From Octopus sinensis (lineage: Eukaryota), in assembly GCF_006345805.1 (NCBI RefSeq), contig NC_042999.1, positions 171,678,001 to 171,742,000 on the forward strand: a DNA stretch of 64,000 nucleotides, given 5' to 3'. Under the pieces are notes generated by a model. That model worked only from the letters and a program-made list of their open reading frames with translations, had not been told where the DNA came from and did not search any database. Positions 49,325 through 63,331 of the stretch are shown here, piece after piece. The position numbers were made by a program, and so were the translations under genes. Position 1 is the stretch's first letter; each line of letters starts with the position of its first letter.

Positions 49325-50315
49325 TATATGTATATAAATATATATATACATATATATATATATTTATATATATATATACATGTGCGTATATATATATATA
49401 TATGGGTTATTAGAGAATATATTTTTATGTAAAAACAGTGCTCAATAACATGGTACTCTACATGCTATAGATTCTGCAAATGATGTGCTTAGCTGTCAGT
49501 TATTTCTCCACATTTTTAAAACACAAAGAATGCTGCAACACATGTGGATAGTATCACGTTTAACATCACCGCTTATTAAATATGCAAAATGTAAAAATGG
49601 CAAGCCTTCTTTATTGTTAAGCTAATGTCACACGCTTGTTTTAAAAGTGAAATTTGCCATATATGTAACAAACTTTACATTATGCCATTTGAAAGTATTT
49701 AAACAGGGGACCCTAACGCTTCCAAAATTGCTATATTCGCCAAAATACGTAATCGTAATAGTACACTTGATTCGAAGAAGGGGTTATCCCATAATAATGA
49801 TAAAGCTGTTTATTACATTACATTTAATATATATGTTTATTCGATGATTGCCGTTCATTTCATCATACAGCGTTCATTGGGAAGGAGCCAAAATTTGTGC
49901 TATAAGATATAATCAATGCTAGGCTGTTTGTTAATATTCATGATAGCTCAAACATTTACAGGGAGTATTCAAAAATGTTTATAACTTCCATATTCAGTGC
50001 GCGGAACATTCAATAACTTAGTGTTGAATTTAAATTGCAAGAAATGATATATTATTGCGTTCATTTTCTTTTGTAAACGGAGACTGAGGAGACAACTCGT
50101 TTATTTATTATCCATGTTTCCTTTTATTAGTGTCTGTAATTGGAAATGCCACAGGATATAACGCAAAACGGAAACACTACTGGTGACTTGATTCCTAAAA
50201 TTTTCAGTATTCAGCTGAACAATTTTGGCTCCAACTTTCTTGTTGAATCATTTATATCTCCACATACGCAGGTGCACACACAGACAGAAGCACGCATACG
50301 CATATATACATACAT

Positions 50316-50375
<60 letters not shown>

Positions 50376-52621
50376 AGAGAGAGAGAGAGAGAGAAAGAGA
50401 CAGACAGAGAAAGAGACAGACAGAGAAAGAGAGAGACCGAGAGACCAATTCAATGAATATTTTTGAGTTTATACATTCAAAAGGAGTTGATGCCTCTATC
50501 TAATTCTCATTTAATTACGATTCCTACTTCATTACCTATTTTGAGCATTAAACGTTTCACGACATTGTCTCTTAATAGAGTAAAACACTTTCCTTCATTA
50601 TGACTTCCGGAAAATATCAAGAGCTGTCATCTTAGCCAAATGGGCACCGTTGATTCGGAAGCAAATTAGTAATGAATCCAATTTACATTTCTTCGATTTG
50701 ATGTTGAAGCCAATTCATTTGAGCCAATAATTTTCATGAGAAAATTTTGATACTTTCACATAATCATTTCAGTTTTGATTTTATATCTAGCACGATCCAT
50801 ACACTGAAAGCAATTTATATATTTAACATCTTCAAAATTAGTGAAAACAGTCATAAGCAAAATATAAAAATCCTTACCTATCTAACTTTTCCCGAGAAAA
50901 ATTCGAATGAATAACTCACCCTCATCTATCTATAATACAATTAACAAGCTTCCCGATGACACTTTTGAATATCAGTTGAAAGAGAAGATGCGGTATTTTC
51001 ACTATGTAATTCTGCTTTCAAGACACCCATCTTAGCATTTCAGACGATGTAGCTGAAAATTATATAAAATAATAGATATACAAATTTAAACCATATTGAT
51101 TTGATTTTACATCAAGTGTTTAATAGCGTATGCAAATTAATTTGTATTAGTTAACTCGATGATAACCATAATTATGTTCACTTCTTTGTCCAAGTTGCAT
51201 GAGTTATGGAGTTTCAGAACCGGGTGATATAATTTATCCTTTAATGATGTAATGCTTTTTAACTTGCTCCGGATCACTCAGTTCGCAGTAGAAAGTTAAC
51301 CATGAAAATTTGTGCGGTCCTGCTCGGAGCAGCGTCATGTAATTTCATTCATTACACACTCTAAAACACTAATATACACCCTGAACAAATGTATCTGTAG
51401 TTTCAAGAGAGACTTTCAAGATTTTAATCTGTCATTTCTTTTCTTTCTTTCTTTTTCATTTGAAGTGTCGTATCACAGATTCATATGCAAGTAGCTTTTA
51501 CACATATTTGCACGCTGGTTCTGACTTCGCTAAATATATAGATGCTTTTTACATCAAGAGAAATATAAAAGTATTCAATTCAGACGATAGAAATGGTTAT
51601 AAAATTCAATTTTGGGAAAGAAACAAACATCGTAAAGACAAGAGGATAATGACTTCGGTTTGTGTATAGTGGAGGGTGCATTTTTTCTGTGGGCAAACGA
51701 AGAGAGCCAACTGTGTTGTAAATGCCAGACTTGCGGTGGCATGCTCTACCCAACACCACCCGTAGCTGCAAGGGTACATCTCCTTAGTAATTGTAGAAAG
51801 GTGAAAGCGAGAAGACAGCTCGTACGTAAGCAAAGTCTAGAAAGCATAATGAGTGAATTCATAACAGTCAACGAAGTTCATTTCTTTGGATGGGTTTTGG
51901 TTATCTGTACATGTATCATCAGTATTGCCCCATTGAAAGAAAATTATTTCCTTGCTGGAGCTGGTCTGCGACTTTTAGGGGTTTCGAGGGCCGGTATTTG
52001 TTGGATTGTAAAATATTTTCTTGCTCTGAAGAGGAATATCACGTTGTATATTATAGTATTAGTCCATGGATTGGCGATAATACATATGGTTGATTAATCC
52101 CAAATAAAACCTCATTAAGTAAAATATGGCAAGACTGTATAACTAGGATTACATGCAGAATGAATCTTTCTTTTTTATAGATTTTTGTCAGATACATTAG
52201 CTAGGCTTCGTGAATTCAATCCACATCTACTGTTTCAACGGAGCATGACTTCTATTGCTTTGAATATTTATATAATAATAATTGTGTTCCATCTTCCATG
52301 AAATCTGTGTAACCCTGAGGGAAGAAGCTCAAATTGTTAGAAATAAATAGCTTGTCATTGTGATAATTGTAGAGGCAAAAAGAGTGGCTTCGTGTACTAA
52401 GGTGCTAGTAGTGGACGAAATGTCGTCGGTGAAGTTGGTCTTGATAATGGTGAATTGATATACAGAGAAAATAGAAAGGGAAAGAGAAAGAATGAAAGAA
52501 AGAAAAAAGAAGGAAAGAAAGAAAGAAAGAAAGAAAGAAGGAGAGAAAGAGAACTAAAACCCTGGACTCCTAGAAATGCGAGGCTGCCTGATGACTTTCC
52601 ATCTTAAGATCATTCTCTCAT

Positions 52622-52835
52622 TGAAGGCGGCGAGCTGGCAGAATCGTTAGCGCGCCGGCCAAAATGCTTAACGCTATTTTATCCTTCGCTATGTTCTTGA
52701 GTTAAAATTCCGATGACATCAACTTTGCTTTTCATTCTTACCGGGTCGATAAGAAAAGAACCAGTTCAGCACTGGGATCGATACAATTGATTTAACTCTT
52801 CTCCAGAAATTGCTAGCCTGGTGTCAAAATTTGAA
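52622..52835 (+). mobile_element. SINE family A, full length
   Basis: aaggcggcgagctggcagaatcgttagc head, degenerate B-box, aaattgctagccttg-like 3' end. Confidence 0.85.
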
Positions 52836-53895
52836 ACCAATATCATTCTCTCATTTCATCTGTCTGCATGTTTCTCTGTATCTCTCTCTACTCAACATTA
52901 CGAATCCTAACTTCACAATCGCCGTCTCCGAGGCACTCGCTACCATAATAATCAATGCCGGAGGCTTGTCCACCATTAACATTAGAGTAAACAGTCAGTT
53001 ACTTGGGTGTATGTATTCATGTAATTGTATACTTCCGTGATTCTCGTTTTGAACGTTCAAATATGAATGTATGTGTGTGTCTATCTATAGACTTTTCTTT
53101 TATATTTGCCAATATAAGGAACAAAACAAATGCAAAAGTGCACAGGCATACATACACAAGAACCTCTTAATCTTAGTATGAGTATTTACTGAACAAATTA
53201 AGAAGATTGAAGTAAGCAGTATCAAATTCATGGAAATATTAATAGAGAAGTCAGAGGATGATACTCCCAACAGGGAACACGTTTCTGTCTGAAATCGCGT
53301 CATGCATTTTCTCTCTTATTGATACTATATCCGTAAAGGTATAATGTATGTATTTTATTATTGTCATTCTAAATATATGACAAATAGTATTATGCTAAAT
53401 ATCGATATTTACAGCGTGATAGTAGAACATAATAGTATAACTGCTTAATATAATAACTGTATAAAGTTACGTATATGCGTGTCTGCATGAGTGAAAATAT
53501 ATAGATACATACATATAGAACAGTGATTGTGTATTATGTTATAGATTTGTCGGAGTTTTAATGCTTTCTCAAACAAAATTGCACGTCATTCTTAAAGGTC
53601 CAACGAAGCTATAATGTGATACATAAACACTCAACTATGACTGCATTGCATCTTATATAAGAAAATGTTGTAAGTTAATGAAAGTCATTACCTTGTTACC
53701 TTGTTATTTATGTAATCTCTTATTACGCTCTATACTTATGTACTTTACATTGGGTTCTAAACCCAGGTTATTAATGTCACTATGCTTGAGCAAATTATTA
53801 ATATACATAGCAGGCTGTGTAAAATGTTTTGAAATACGAATTTCAACGTTTCAAACATGAATTTCATCACAATATATTTCAACAATGCGGATATT

Positions 53896-54861
53896 TTATT
53901 CCTCAAAGCAACTACCATCACATTCAACATGTTTGCCAATGAGTTACAAGTTCGTTTATTCTGGTACCATAAAAATCTGGAGTTCTGGGGCTGATGAACT
54001 CTTTGAACGTACTTTTAGCACCGGTTTGATTTTTGAAGTCCCTCTCACGCAGAAAACCATCAAGGGGCTTGAAAAAGTTTAGTCGGTAGGAGACAGGTCT
54101 GGGTAAGAAGCTGGGTGGGAAGAACGTCGCAGCTATGTTCCCTCCACTTCTGGAGTATTATTAGTAAAACGTGTGATCGAGAATTGTCATGAAGAATGAT
54201 TGACCCTCTTCTCCTGGGACAGAGGAGAAGCAGTTTTTCGTTCAGTTTGGCAATTTCATAGCAATATGTTTCTGCAGAAGTGGTTTATCCGGGCTTTAAG
54301 AAGTTATAGTGGATAAGTCCAGCAATACCCCACCAAACAGTCAGCATAACCCTTTTGAAGAGCTCGGGTTTAGGGGAGGGTTTCTGTGCTTCATGTTGGT
54401 CCAACCACTGCGAAGAACATTTTTTTAATTATACAGTCAAGAAATGGATGTCTGGCTATGGACAAAATTTCATATCTACGTATTTTCTGATTTTATTTCA
54501 AATCGAGTGGTACCCATTTGTTGAGCATTTTTGATTTTCCGATCGCATGCAAATGTTTGCAGGTAGTTTTCTGGCTAATTTGAAGTTATTTTGCCAGTGC
54601 TCGATTTGTTTTGTGTGGATCTTACTCAATGTCGGTTTTTAATTGAATGTCATCGATGACAGATAGGTGTCCATTACGCTCGCAATCTTCAAGGCTCAGG
54701 TCGCAACTTCGAAATCGTTTAAACCATTTTCAAGCTGACCACTCACTGCTCATTTCTCCATCAAATTTTTCATTGATATCGTGAACAGCTTCCGCTACTT
54801 TACACCCATTTTTGAAGTTGAATAGGAAAATTGCTCGAATACCACGCTTTGACAGTTCCAT
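53896..54861 (-). pseudogene. Decayed mariner (DD34D-type) transposase, nearly full length
   Basis: MELSKRGIRAIFLFNFKNG, KWFKRFRS.DLSLED, KWVP, VMLTVWW, LHDNSRSH, YPDLSPTD; stops, frameshifts and a deletion over the first catalytic Asp region. Confidence 0.88.
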
Positions 54862-55013
54862 TTAAGATGATTTTTAACAACGGTGAAAAAAATATCAATA
54901 TTAATTTATGGATGTATTTGGGCAAATCTATGTCTGAATTATCAGAAAATTGCAAAAATATGTTTAAAAAAAATTCTAAATTCTGCAAAAATCCGTTACA
55001 GATTCTTCATAGC

Positions 55014-55329
<316 letters not shown>

Positions 55330-55350
<21 letters not shown>

Positions 55351-55545
55351 TTCGCCATGATAGATTGCTAGCCACTACACACATTTTTTCTCTCCTTGTT
55401 TCTTCCTGTGTTCCTTTCTGTGGAAGAGCGTAGGCTCGAAACGTTAAAGACTTTTTCAATTCCGGAGCGTTATACAAATACATCTGTTTGTTTTCTACAC
55501 CACCTGCCTTCGTCTTTTGTTCATTTGCGAATTCTCCCTATGTAA
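55330..55545 (+). mobile_element. HHR-bearing short element; same family as 5592-5795
   Basis: cttt-CTGTGGA-A-GAGC-gtag-GCTC-GAAA-CGTT-aaag at 55414-55449; shared ccacctgccttcgtcttttgtt. Confidence 0.7.
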
Positions 55546-56689
55546 TGGAAAAATTGTATAAAATGTAGAAATATATGATGAGTAAAGCCCCGGCACAGTT
55601 TCAATTACCTGTTATCTGTAGATTTAGTGCAGAAACTTCGTAGTGTCGGTTGGGGTAACAGTATTAATAAAATAGGAAATGTCTATAAAAATGTATGCAT
55701 GCACACACATTATACATAAACATAGACATATACATATACGTACATATAGATATATTGATGTCTTCTAGTTATTGGAATATTAGTGTCAAAGCTACGATGA
55801 TGTGTATTCAAAGTTTAATGACTTTGATGTAGAGGTAAAATTTAAACAAGACGGAATACCTTATAGTAAATATGTACTTGAGTGGTACTAAGAACACTAG
55901 CTACCTCGAGGTAAGCGATACCACGTGTGCTGCTATTGACAGTTCTTTGGGATGGTTGGAGATTCGGTAAAAGAGCTGAAAGAAAGTAGCAATTATCTGT
56001 AATAAAGTGATCTAACTACCTTCAGAGCAATAAATGACACAGCGTTTATAGCATACATAAATCTTGAAATCGATAAAAACTTTTTCGGTTAAATGCCTCC
56101 CTTACGGAAGTTTCTAGAAAAAAGTAGACACTAGTGTCAAGCCTAATATTCAGATGTCAAGAATAAAGTGTAATTTGCAGCATTGCTGTAAAGCAATGCT
56201 GTTATTAAATACAGAAAATATTGGTCTAGTACTTTCAACGAGTAAGTCTGGATAAGTATTACGCTGTTGCTAAATAAAAAATCTATTTTCTATCTGTTAA
56301 GGCTTATAGTTTGTTAGTCAATACTTACAGTCACTTTCTTTCTGTTTCTGTTGATTTGTCATCGTTGTTATTGCTTAACCTGAGGTCACAACTATTTGAG
56401 TAGAAGATTCACCTTAAATCTTACATACATAACGACAACATCTTCACTGTTTAAACACGCGCGATCTAATACAATCTTTCACATATTTCAGACATTCGGG
56501 CAGTATGTTCGAAATATAGTACAGTCACATGATAGTCCCAGTTCTTGTTTGTTCCTTTTCCTATTGCCGCAATTAATGAATAGCATCCATATTCTCTCCA
56601 GTGCAGGCTTTCTCAAACAATGCTGAAGCAAAACACATTAATTCAAGAGAACTTCATACTTATATATACGCGCAGAAATGGCATACTTA

Positions 56690-57080
56690 TATATACGCGC
56701 AGAAATAGCATGCTTACCAACCACATGGTTCCGGGTTCAGTCCCACTACGTGGCACCTATGCCAAGTGACTTCTACTATAGCCTCTGGCCGACCAAAGCC
56801 TTGTGAGTGGATTTGGTAGACGGAAACTGAATGAAACCCGTCGTATATATGAGTGTGTGTGTGTGTGTGTGTGTGTGTTTGTGTGCATGTTTTTATCTCT
56901 GTGTTTGTCTCCCCAACATCGCTTGACGACTAATACTGCTGTGTAACTTAGTGGTTCGGATAAAGAACCGATAAAATGAGTAATAGGCTTACAAAGAATA
57001 AGTCCTGGGGTCGTTTTACTTGACTAAAGGCGGTGCTCCAGCATGATCGCAGTCATATGATTGAAACAAATAAAGAGTAA
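56690..57080 (+). mobile_element. SINE family B; a 27-bp tandem duplication spans its 5' junction (56655-56708)
   Basis: cttaccaaccacatggttccgggttcagtccc..ggcggtgctccagcatg. Confidence 0.88.
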
Positions 57081-57186
57081 GATATATATATATATACATA
57101 CACACACATATATATAGACACACGCACAAACACACATATATGAATATACATAATACGTATATATAAGTATATATATATATATATAT

Positions 57187-57263
<77 letters not shown>

Positions 57264-58289
57264 AATGAATATACAAAATATGTATATATAATTATATATA
57301 TATATATACATGTACATATGGTTGGCGCGCTTATATATAATTATTAAATCTACGAAAGTCGTTCATATGTTTGCTCTTAATCCGCCATTCTATCTGTCCT
57401 TCTTGCACTTGGTATATTTGTTTCCTCTACTAATTTCATATTTTCGAGCAAACTTATCATTTATACTGAACTCTTTAGAAAATTGCATTTTGTTTGCTGC
57501 TGTCCTTCAGTTTATTTTTGCATGCTTGTACATCATTTAAATTTCATGAATATTTTTCGTCACTTCCCACACATCCTATTAATAACGTTTATACTATCAT
57601 CAACTTATCTTTTCCTCTTCCTTCTTTACACATTTGGCAGTAACTAAAATACTGTAGAATTCTGCAATTGGCATATGTTCTCGCCTTCTATTTGCGGACT
57701 TTCAATTACCTTTTACTTTCGACTTAAAGGCATTTACCCTCGCTCTTATTTACCATCTCGCTTATTTTTGAATTGACATGGCTCTAGTAACAAACAATTA
57801 AACTTATCTAACAGTACTCGCAAACCCACTCACGCTGCTTACCCTATCTTACTGAATATATTTTCGTTTCTCTTCCCCCACAACATTCCACAACTTCTCC
57901 CATATCTCGCCTCCAATCATAAGATTGTGCTACAAAAGCTTTCCATATTATTTCCTCTAAAGGATAATAAATGTCAGGAACGATGTATTTCCATACCTCA
58001 CCGTATATTTGCTGTCTGCAAGTTAACTTCTTTTGCTTTTGTGAAATATGTTTCATAAAGTCTTTCTTAAGTGCCATAAAACGTTACTTAATGTACTAAA
58101 GAAGAAGAAGTTAATAATGAATATATCCTTAAATTCAATATTGTATTCCATCTCAGAATATTTTTTATACATAATATAGCATAAAAATTCTAAAATAAAA
58201 TTAACATAGAAATGACACATATACATATACATATAATGACACATGTGACACATATACATATAAACATGTATATATATATTTGTATATGT

Positions 58290-60120
58290 TTTTTTTTTAT
58301 CTAGTTTCAGCTCACAAGCTGTGGCCATGCTGGGGCACCGCCATTTGGCGTTGCTACATGATTTTACTTCACGAATGCTTTTTAGCAATTGCCATTTGGT
58401 GCATGAGAGAGTTCGATGCAGCTGCCCACATCTGAACCTCCTGCCGTGAAGTTGGTTCATCTGGGATATCTGACAGGAAGAGATCCAGTTTCATTTTAAA
58501 CACATCTGCATCCACCCCATGCAGGTCTCTTTGGTTCTTCGGGAGGATATTGAAGAGCTGTGGGCTTCGGAAGCCCAGGCTATCACAGTATCTTGTCCTA
58601 CATCTTGATGGCAAATTTGGAGCCCTTAGCACTATGCAGTGGTGCGCAGTTCTGGCATTTGTATAACTCTGGATGCCAAAGTTTGGGACAAGTCCTTCTA
58701 GGATCTTCCAGATGTATATTATGGCATATCTTTCTCGCCTACGCTCTAAGGAATAGAGTCTCAATCTCTTGAGTCTTTCCCAATAGCTTATATGCTGCAC
58801 AGAGGCTACATTTCATTGGATCTCTTCTTGTCAGCCGCCTACATTTCATTGCCAATTTAGCAACATGCACATGAAAGGTTGCATCATCACTCATGTAAAT
58901 ACTCAGGTCTCGAACTGATTGTGCCTCTGGGATTGCAGTCCCTCCAGGTCCAGTGTATTTATTGGGTATTGCATTTAGTTTTGCGCGCTGATAGCATAGA
59001 GCTTGAAACTTTTCAGCATTGAACTGCATGCTATTCTTTTCAGCCCACTCGTATATTTTGTCCAGCTCACATTGCAGGTGCTTAGTGTCTTCAGGGTTCT
59101 GTATTGCCTGTGAAACTTTTGTATCATCTGCATAACTTGTGATCGTGGCTCTCTGCGTGGCTGAGGGCATGTCTGAGAGAGCCATTATGAACAGTAGTGG
59201 TCCCAAAACAGTGCCCTGCGGAACACCGCTAACTATTTGCGTGTTAGTGGAGGTGGCCCCATTGGCTACTACCACCTGACTTCTATCCTTCAGAAAGTCA
59301 TGAAGCCACTCTCCTCATTTTCCAACTATGCGAAGATCACGCAGTTTGTGACATAGCATTCCATGATCGACTTTATCAAAGGCCTTTGCAAAGTCGTGAT
59401 ATATGACTTCCACGTTTGAGTGGTTGAGCAGTCGTTTCAGCACCCAGTCATAGTGTTGTAGGAGCTGAGTTAAGCAGCTTTTCCTGGTCGGAAACCATGT
59501 TGGGTGTCAGGCAGCAATTCATTTTCTTCAAGGAAGGTGATTAGTTTCCATCTGACTATTCATTCCATGACCTTGCTGATGTGTGAGGTCAGAGAGATAG
59601 GTTTGTAGTTCTTGGCCTCCGCTATGCTACCTCCTTTATGAATAGGGCATATTTTACCTTCCTTCAGTTTTCTTGGAAGTTTGCCAGTTGCAAGAAAGCT
59701 CTGAAAGAGGAACTGCAGTGGTCTTGCTAGGACTCTCTTACATACTTTTAGTAGGATTTCTGGGAATCCATCTGGGCCAGTAGCTGAGTTTGTTTTCATT
59801 TCATCAATAGCCTTTATTACATCGTCTTCCTTCATATTGATGTAATCAATCATTGCTCCGATTTTATATCTGCAGTGGTAAAGAAGTCAGTTGGATTGCT
59901 GACTTGAAAATGCCCTACGGTTGGCGTGAAAATACTCTTGAATTTCTCATTTAGTATTTCACTTACCCTCATTGGATTTTCTGTGAGTGTGCCATCTTTT
60001 TCAAGGAGTGGCCCTATCCTACAGTGCACCGTAGCTATTTCTTTGGCATACCTGTAGAAAGCTCTGGGGTTAGATTTTATGTTGTCTATAGCCCAGGCTT
60101 CTTTGTCTGCTCTTTCTTTT
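58290..60120 (-). mobile_element. CR1/L2-type LINE (second family), 5'-truncated, RT plus 3' end
   Basis: ATGPDGFP, NYKPISLTSHISKVME, GVPQGTVLGPLLF, SYADDTK, SYWERLKRLRLYSLERRRER; A-rich tail at 58290. Confidence 0.92.
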
Positions 60121-60224
60121 TCATACACACACACACACACACACACACATAAATATATATATATATATATATATCAGTGTGTGCACGCATTTCACTGCAT
60201 ATCCCTGCACTAACAGATATCTCT

Positions 60225-60926
60225 ATATCTATAAACAGCAAAATTTCCGTGTATCTCTGTGTGTATGCCTGTGTGTCCTTTATATAAATCCACAGCTTTT
60301 CACGTAAAAGCTCGTATTTTGTATGAGCTTTCAAAACTGTTTGTGGGCGGTCGTGAGGATCTTTTCATTTCCCCGGTTACCCTAGAAAGCCATTAAAAAT
60401 CGATAAAACGACGCCTTATATTTTAGGTAACGAAGCTCTTTAATACAAGGGAAGTAACTCACATAATCTTGCGGTTTAATATAAAGATATTAAACCGTAG
60501 CAAAGGAAATAACTCTTTAAAACTCTGCTTTCCCTCCCTTTGTTATGCATCACACCTCAATACTGTACCAGACCAATTTATCCAATTCAGGACCGGAACT
60601 ATCCCGGATTTTTGGATTTTCCAGTTTCCCAGAGAATTTCTAAACGTTTGCTTAAAATCTTTATATCTATATACGACAAAATGTCTGCGTATCTGTTTGT
60701 CTGTGTGTCCTTTATACAAATACACAATTTTTCACGTAAAAAGCTCGCATTTTCTATTGGCTCTCAAAACTTGTGAGGGCAGCCGTGAAGATCTTTTCAT
60801 TTCCCCAGTCACCCTAGAAAGCCATTAAAAAATTGATAAACCGACCGCTTATGCCCATAAGTTATGGGCATATCCATTAAAAATTGCTAAAAGTGAAATT
60901 TGTACGCGGTGCGTGCGTACAGCTAG
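60225..60926 (+). mobile_element. Two tandem units of a putative non-autonomous Helitron
   Basis: 60275-60410 resembles 60705-60840; 5' TCTATA; 3' hairpin TGTACGC/GCGTACA then CTAG at 60923. Confidence 0.6.
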
Positions 60927-62704
60927 ATGCACCAATAGACTGCCAGCTGTTTTTTGATTAGACGAAGATAATTTTACCCTTGACAGTTGAACGCGCGTGC
61001 GCATTTGCAGACAGTCTGTATGGCTCAGCGCATTTTTGTGCTTTGCTAAGACGCATTATCATGTGCTTTGGCTTTCAAACTTGCACGCTATTTTGAGTTG
61101 TGAAATGCAGGGAATAATTAATGAGTTAGAATCTCCAAAGCTAAATTATTCAATGGTCCTTAATCCAATGCAGTCTTCCTCCTCCGAAACAAATCCGCCA
61201 TGCACATCTCCACAGCCAATTTCCTCTCCATGTCATTTAGCACCCTTAGGATGGGTTAGTGATAGATTGGAATTACAAGCTTCCTATTAGAGGCTCCCGA
61301 GCCCCCTTCCGTAAGGTGAGTCTAGGTTTTAGTTGAAGGCTTAATTGTGTTCCGAACCTAACCTCCTCCGTTTCAATGGATTTGGAGTCCAGTTAGCCTT
61401 CCGACCAAAAGGCATAGATATTATTTATACCTTAGTTAATCTTGATGTCTTACGTGCTTCTGTGCGTCATGAACTTATAACTATTGACCTTAGTGCGTTA
61501 CTTGCTTCAATGCGCTGTACTCATAAAAGCACGTGGCATGCTCTTTTTTGTGATCTGATTGCTATGCCTTTTCGCCGGAATCAGCACTTTTCCTCCCACC
61601 ATTGCTATTCACTCATAGGACAAGGGGGTTAGGTGAGGGGAGTGATTTCAAAAGGGCTGGCATGTGCAACTTGATCACCTCCGCCAGTCGAACTCCCAAC
61701 CCACGCGTTCCTGTCACGACACTGATTGCGCAGAACTGGGTTGGGTGTGAAACCAAAACTCAACAAACGAGATTTATGTGTATTTTCAAAATCATGCTAT
61801 TTTGCGGCTAATGGCATGTGCATAGACCCGTTAATTTTCCAAGTGTGAAAACCAAAGTACAATGAATATTAATTACTCTCATAAAAAACTCCAACTAGCC
61901 CATAAACAACAAAACTGGCCCGGGCTGAAATGTGATAAGAAACTTAGCTCTTTATCTAGTGAGAAATAGTTATTGCCACCTGGCAACGCACTACAAGCAC
62001 TAGCAGGACATGGGGAGATTCCACCCACTTCCTTTCATTATTATTATTATCATTATCACTGATATCACTGATATTATTGTTTTCATTTTTTCCCATTTTT
62101 CATTGTTATATTAACAGACGCACTGTTTACACAGACCATGCAGTGTAGGCGGCAGTAATTTCCAGCGCTGCTCACATCGAGTCACATAGAAAATTACACA
62201 ATTTGATCTGGCCTTCCTCAGAGATGTTAGTTGCAATTTAAAAGAGAGTCCATTGCTCACTTGTAATCTTCTGTGAACAGGCTCAAGGTATGAAGACTAA
62301 GATCGTTGCCATCGTCCTTATTTCTGACGCCACGATATGTGGTTGTTGAAGGAAATAGTTGAGGGAAGAGTAGCAGCTTGGTGAATAGATCAAATTCTAC
62401 AGGTCTATGAATTATCGGGTAGATGGTGAGGTTGTCAGCAATAGAAGACCCAGGAATCTTCGCACCCCTTGGGTCAGCAGAGGTCAAATGTGTTTACTAC
62501 TACCAGCGACCAATAAGAGCGCTGCGATTGGCCTTGAAAAGAAGCAATTCACCCTGTTTTGTTTGTAATTACTGGTAGAAAAACCAATTATATATATATA
62601 TATACATACATACATACATAAAAAAAAAATATATATATATTCAACGACGAGGATAATAGTATATATATATATATATATATATACTACTACTATCCTCGTC
62701 GTTG

Positions 62705-63310
62705 AATTGTTTAATTTCTGAATTGTGCTGTTGCAATATAAGGTATGTTTATATATTTGGGTAGTCGGTGAAAGATAAACGTTTCACACAAAATGTAATA
62801 TATAAAATTTTTTTAAGTTTTCTGAAGATGTTCCTTTGTCTGTCCAGTTGGAGAATACAATAGTGGTTTTGCAGTTGTTACAATAAAAGTTATGTTTACA
62901 TATTTGTGTAGTCAGGTAGTAAAGCAATATAAAGCTTTCACACAAAATGTAATATATTAAAGTTGTAGATATTAAAGTTTTAAGATTTACTAAATATGGT
63001 CTTTTTTATATCCGCACATAGAAAATTGTAGTGTTCTTAGAATAAAAAAGGAGGTTTACAATTTCGAATAATCATGGAGGATAGGAAGTTGTTGATATTA
63101 AAGATTTTATTTTTATTTTTAAAGTGAATCGTTTGTGTGTTCGAAAGCTGTAGAAATGTATGTTCCCTAACTTATTTTGAGGGAGATTTGAAATACTCAC
63201 TGGAAATTGTAGATATTCAAGTTTTTGGGAGTTCTTTTACCGTTGTCCTGTTGGGTTATATTAGTGTTTCCGTGTCTTCGGTTGCTGAATGGTAAGAGCA
63301 GCGAAGAACA
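62705..63310. repeat. Unclassified repeat X family copy with internal duplication
   Basis: gatgtt..tgtccagtt.gag..ttacaataaa..tatgtttaca shared with the reverse complement of 11121-11700. Confidence 0.55.
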
Positions 63311-63331
63311 TTATTATTATTATTATTATTA

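Noticed and set aside
51660-52097. 145-aa ORF with Cys cluster and HTH-like LGVSRAGICWIVK
   Set aside because: Non-ATG start, no coherent domain, resemblance to Tc1/paired HTH too weak
60950-62570. GC-richer stretches as a Helitron Rep/helicase or host exon
   Set aside because: No frame shows Rep, PIF1 or other recognisable motifs; left unannotated
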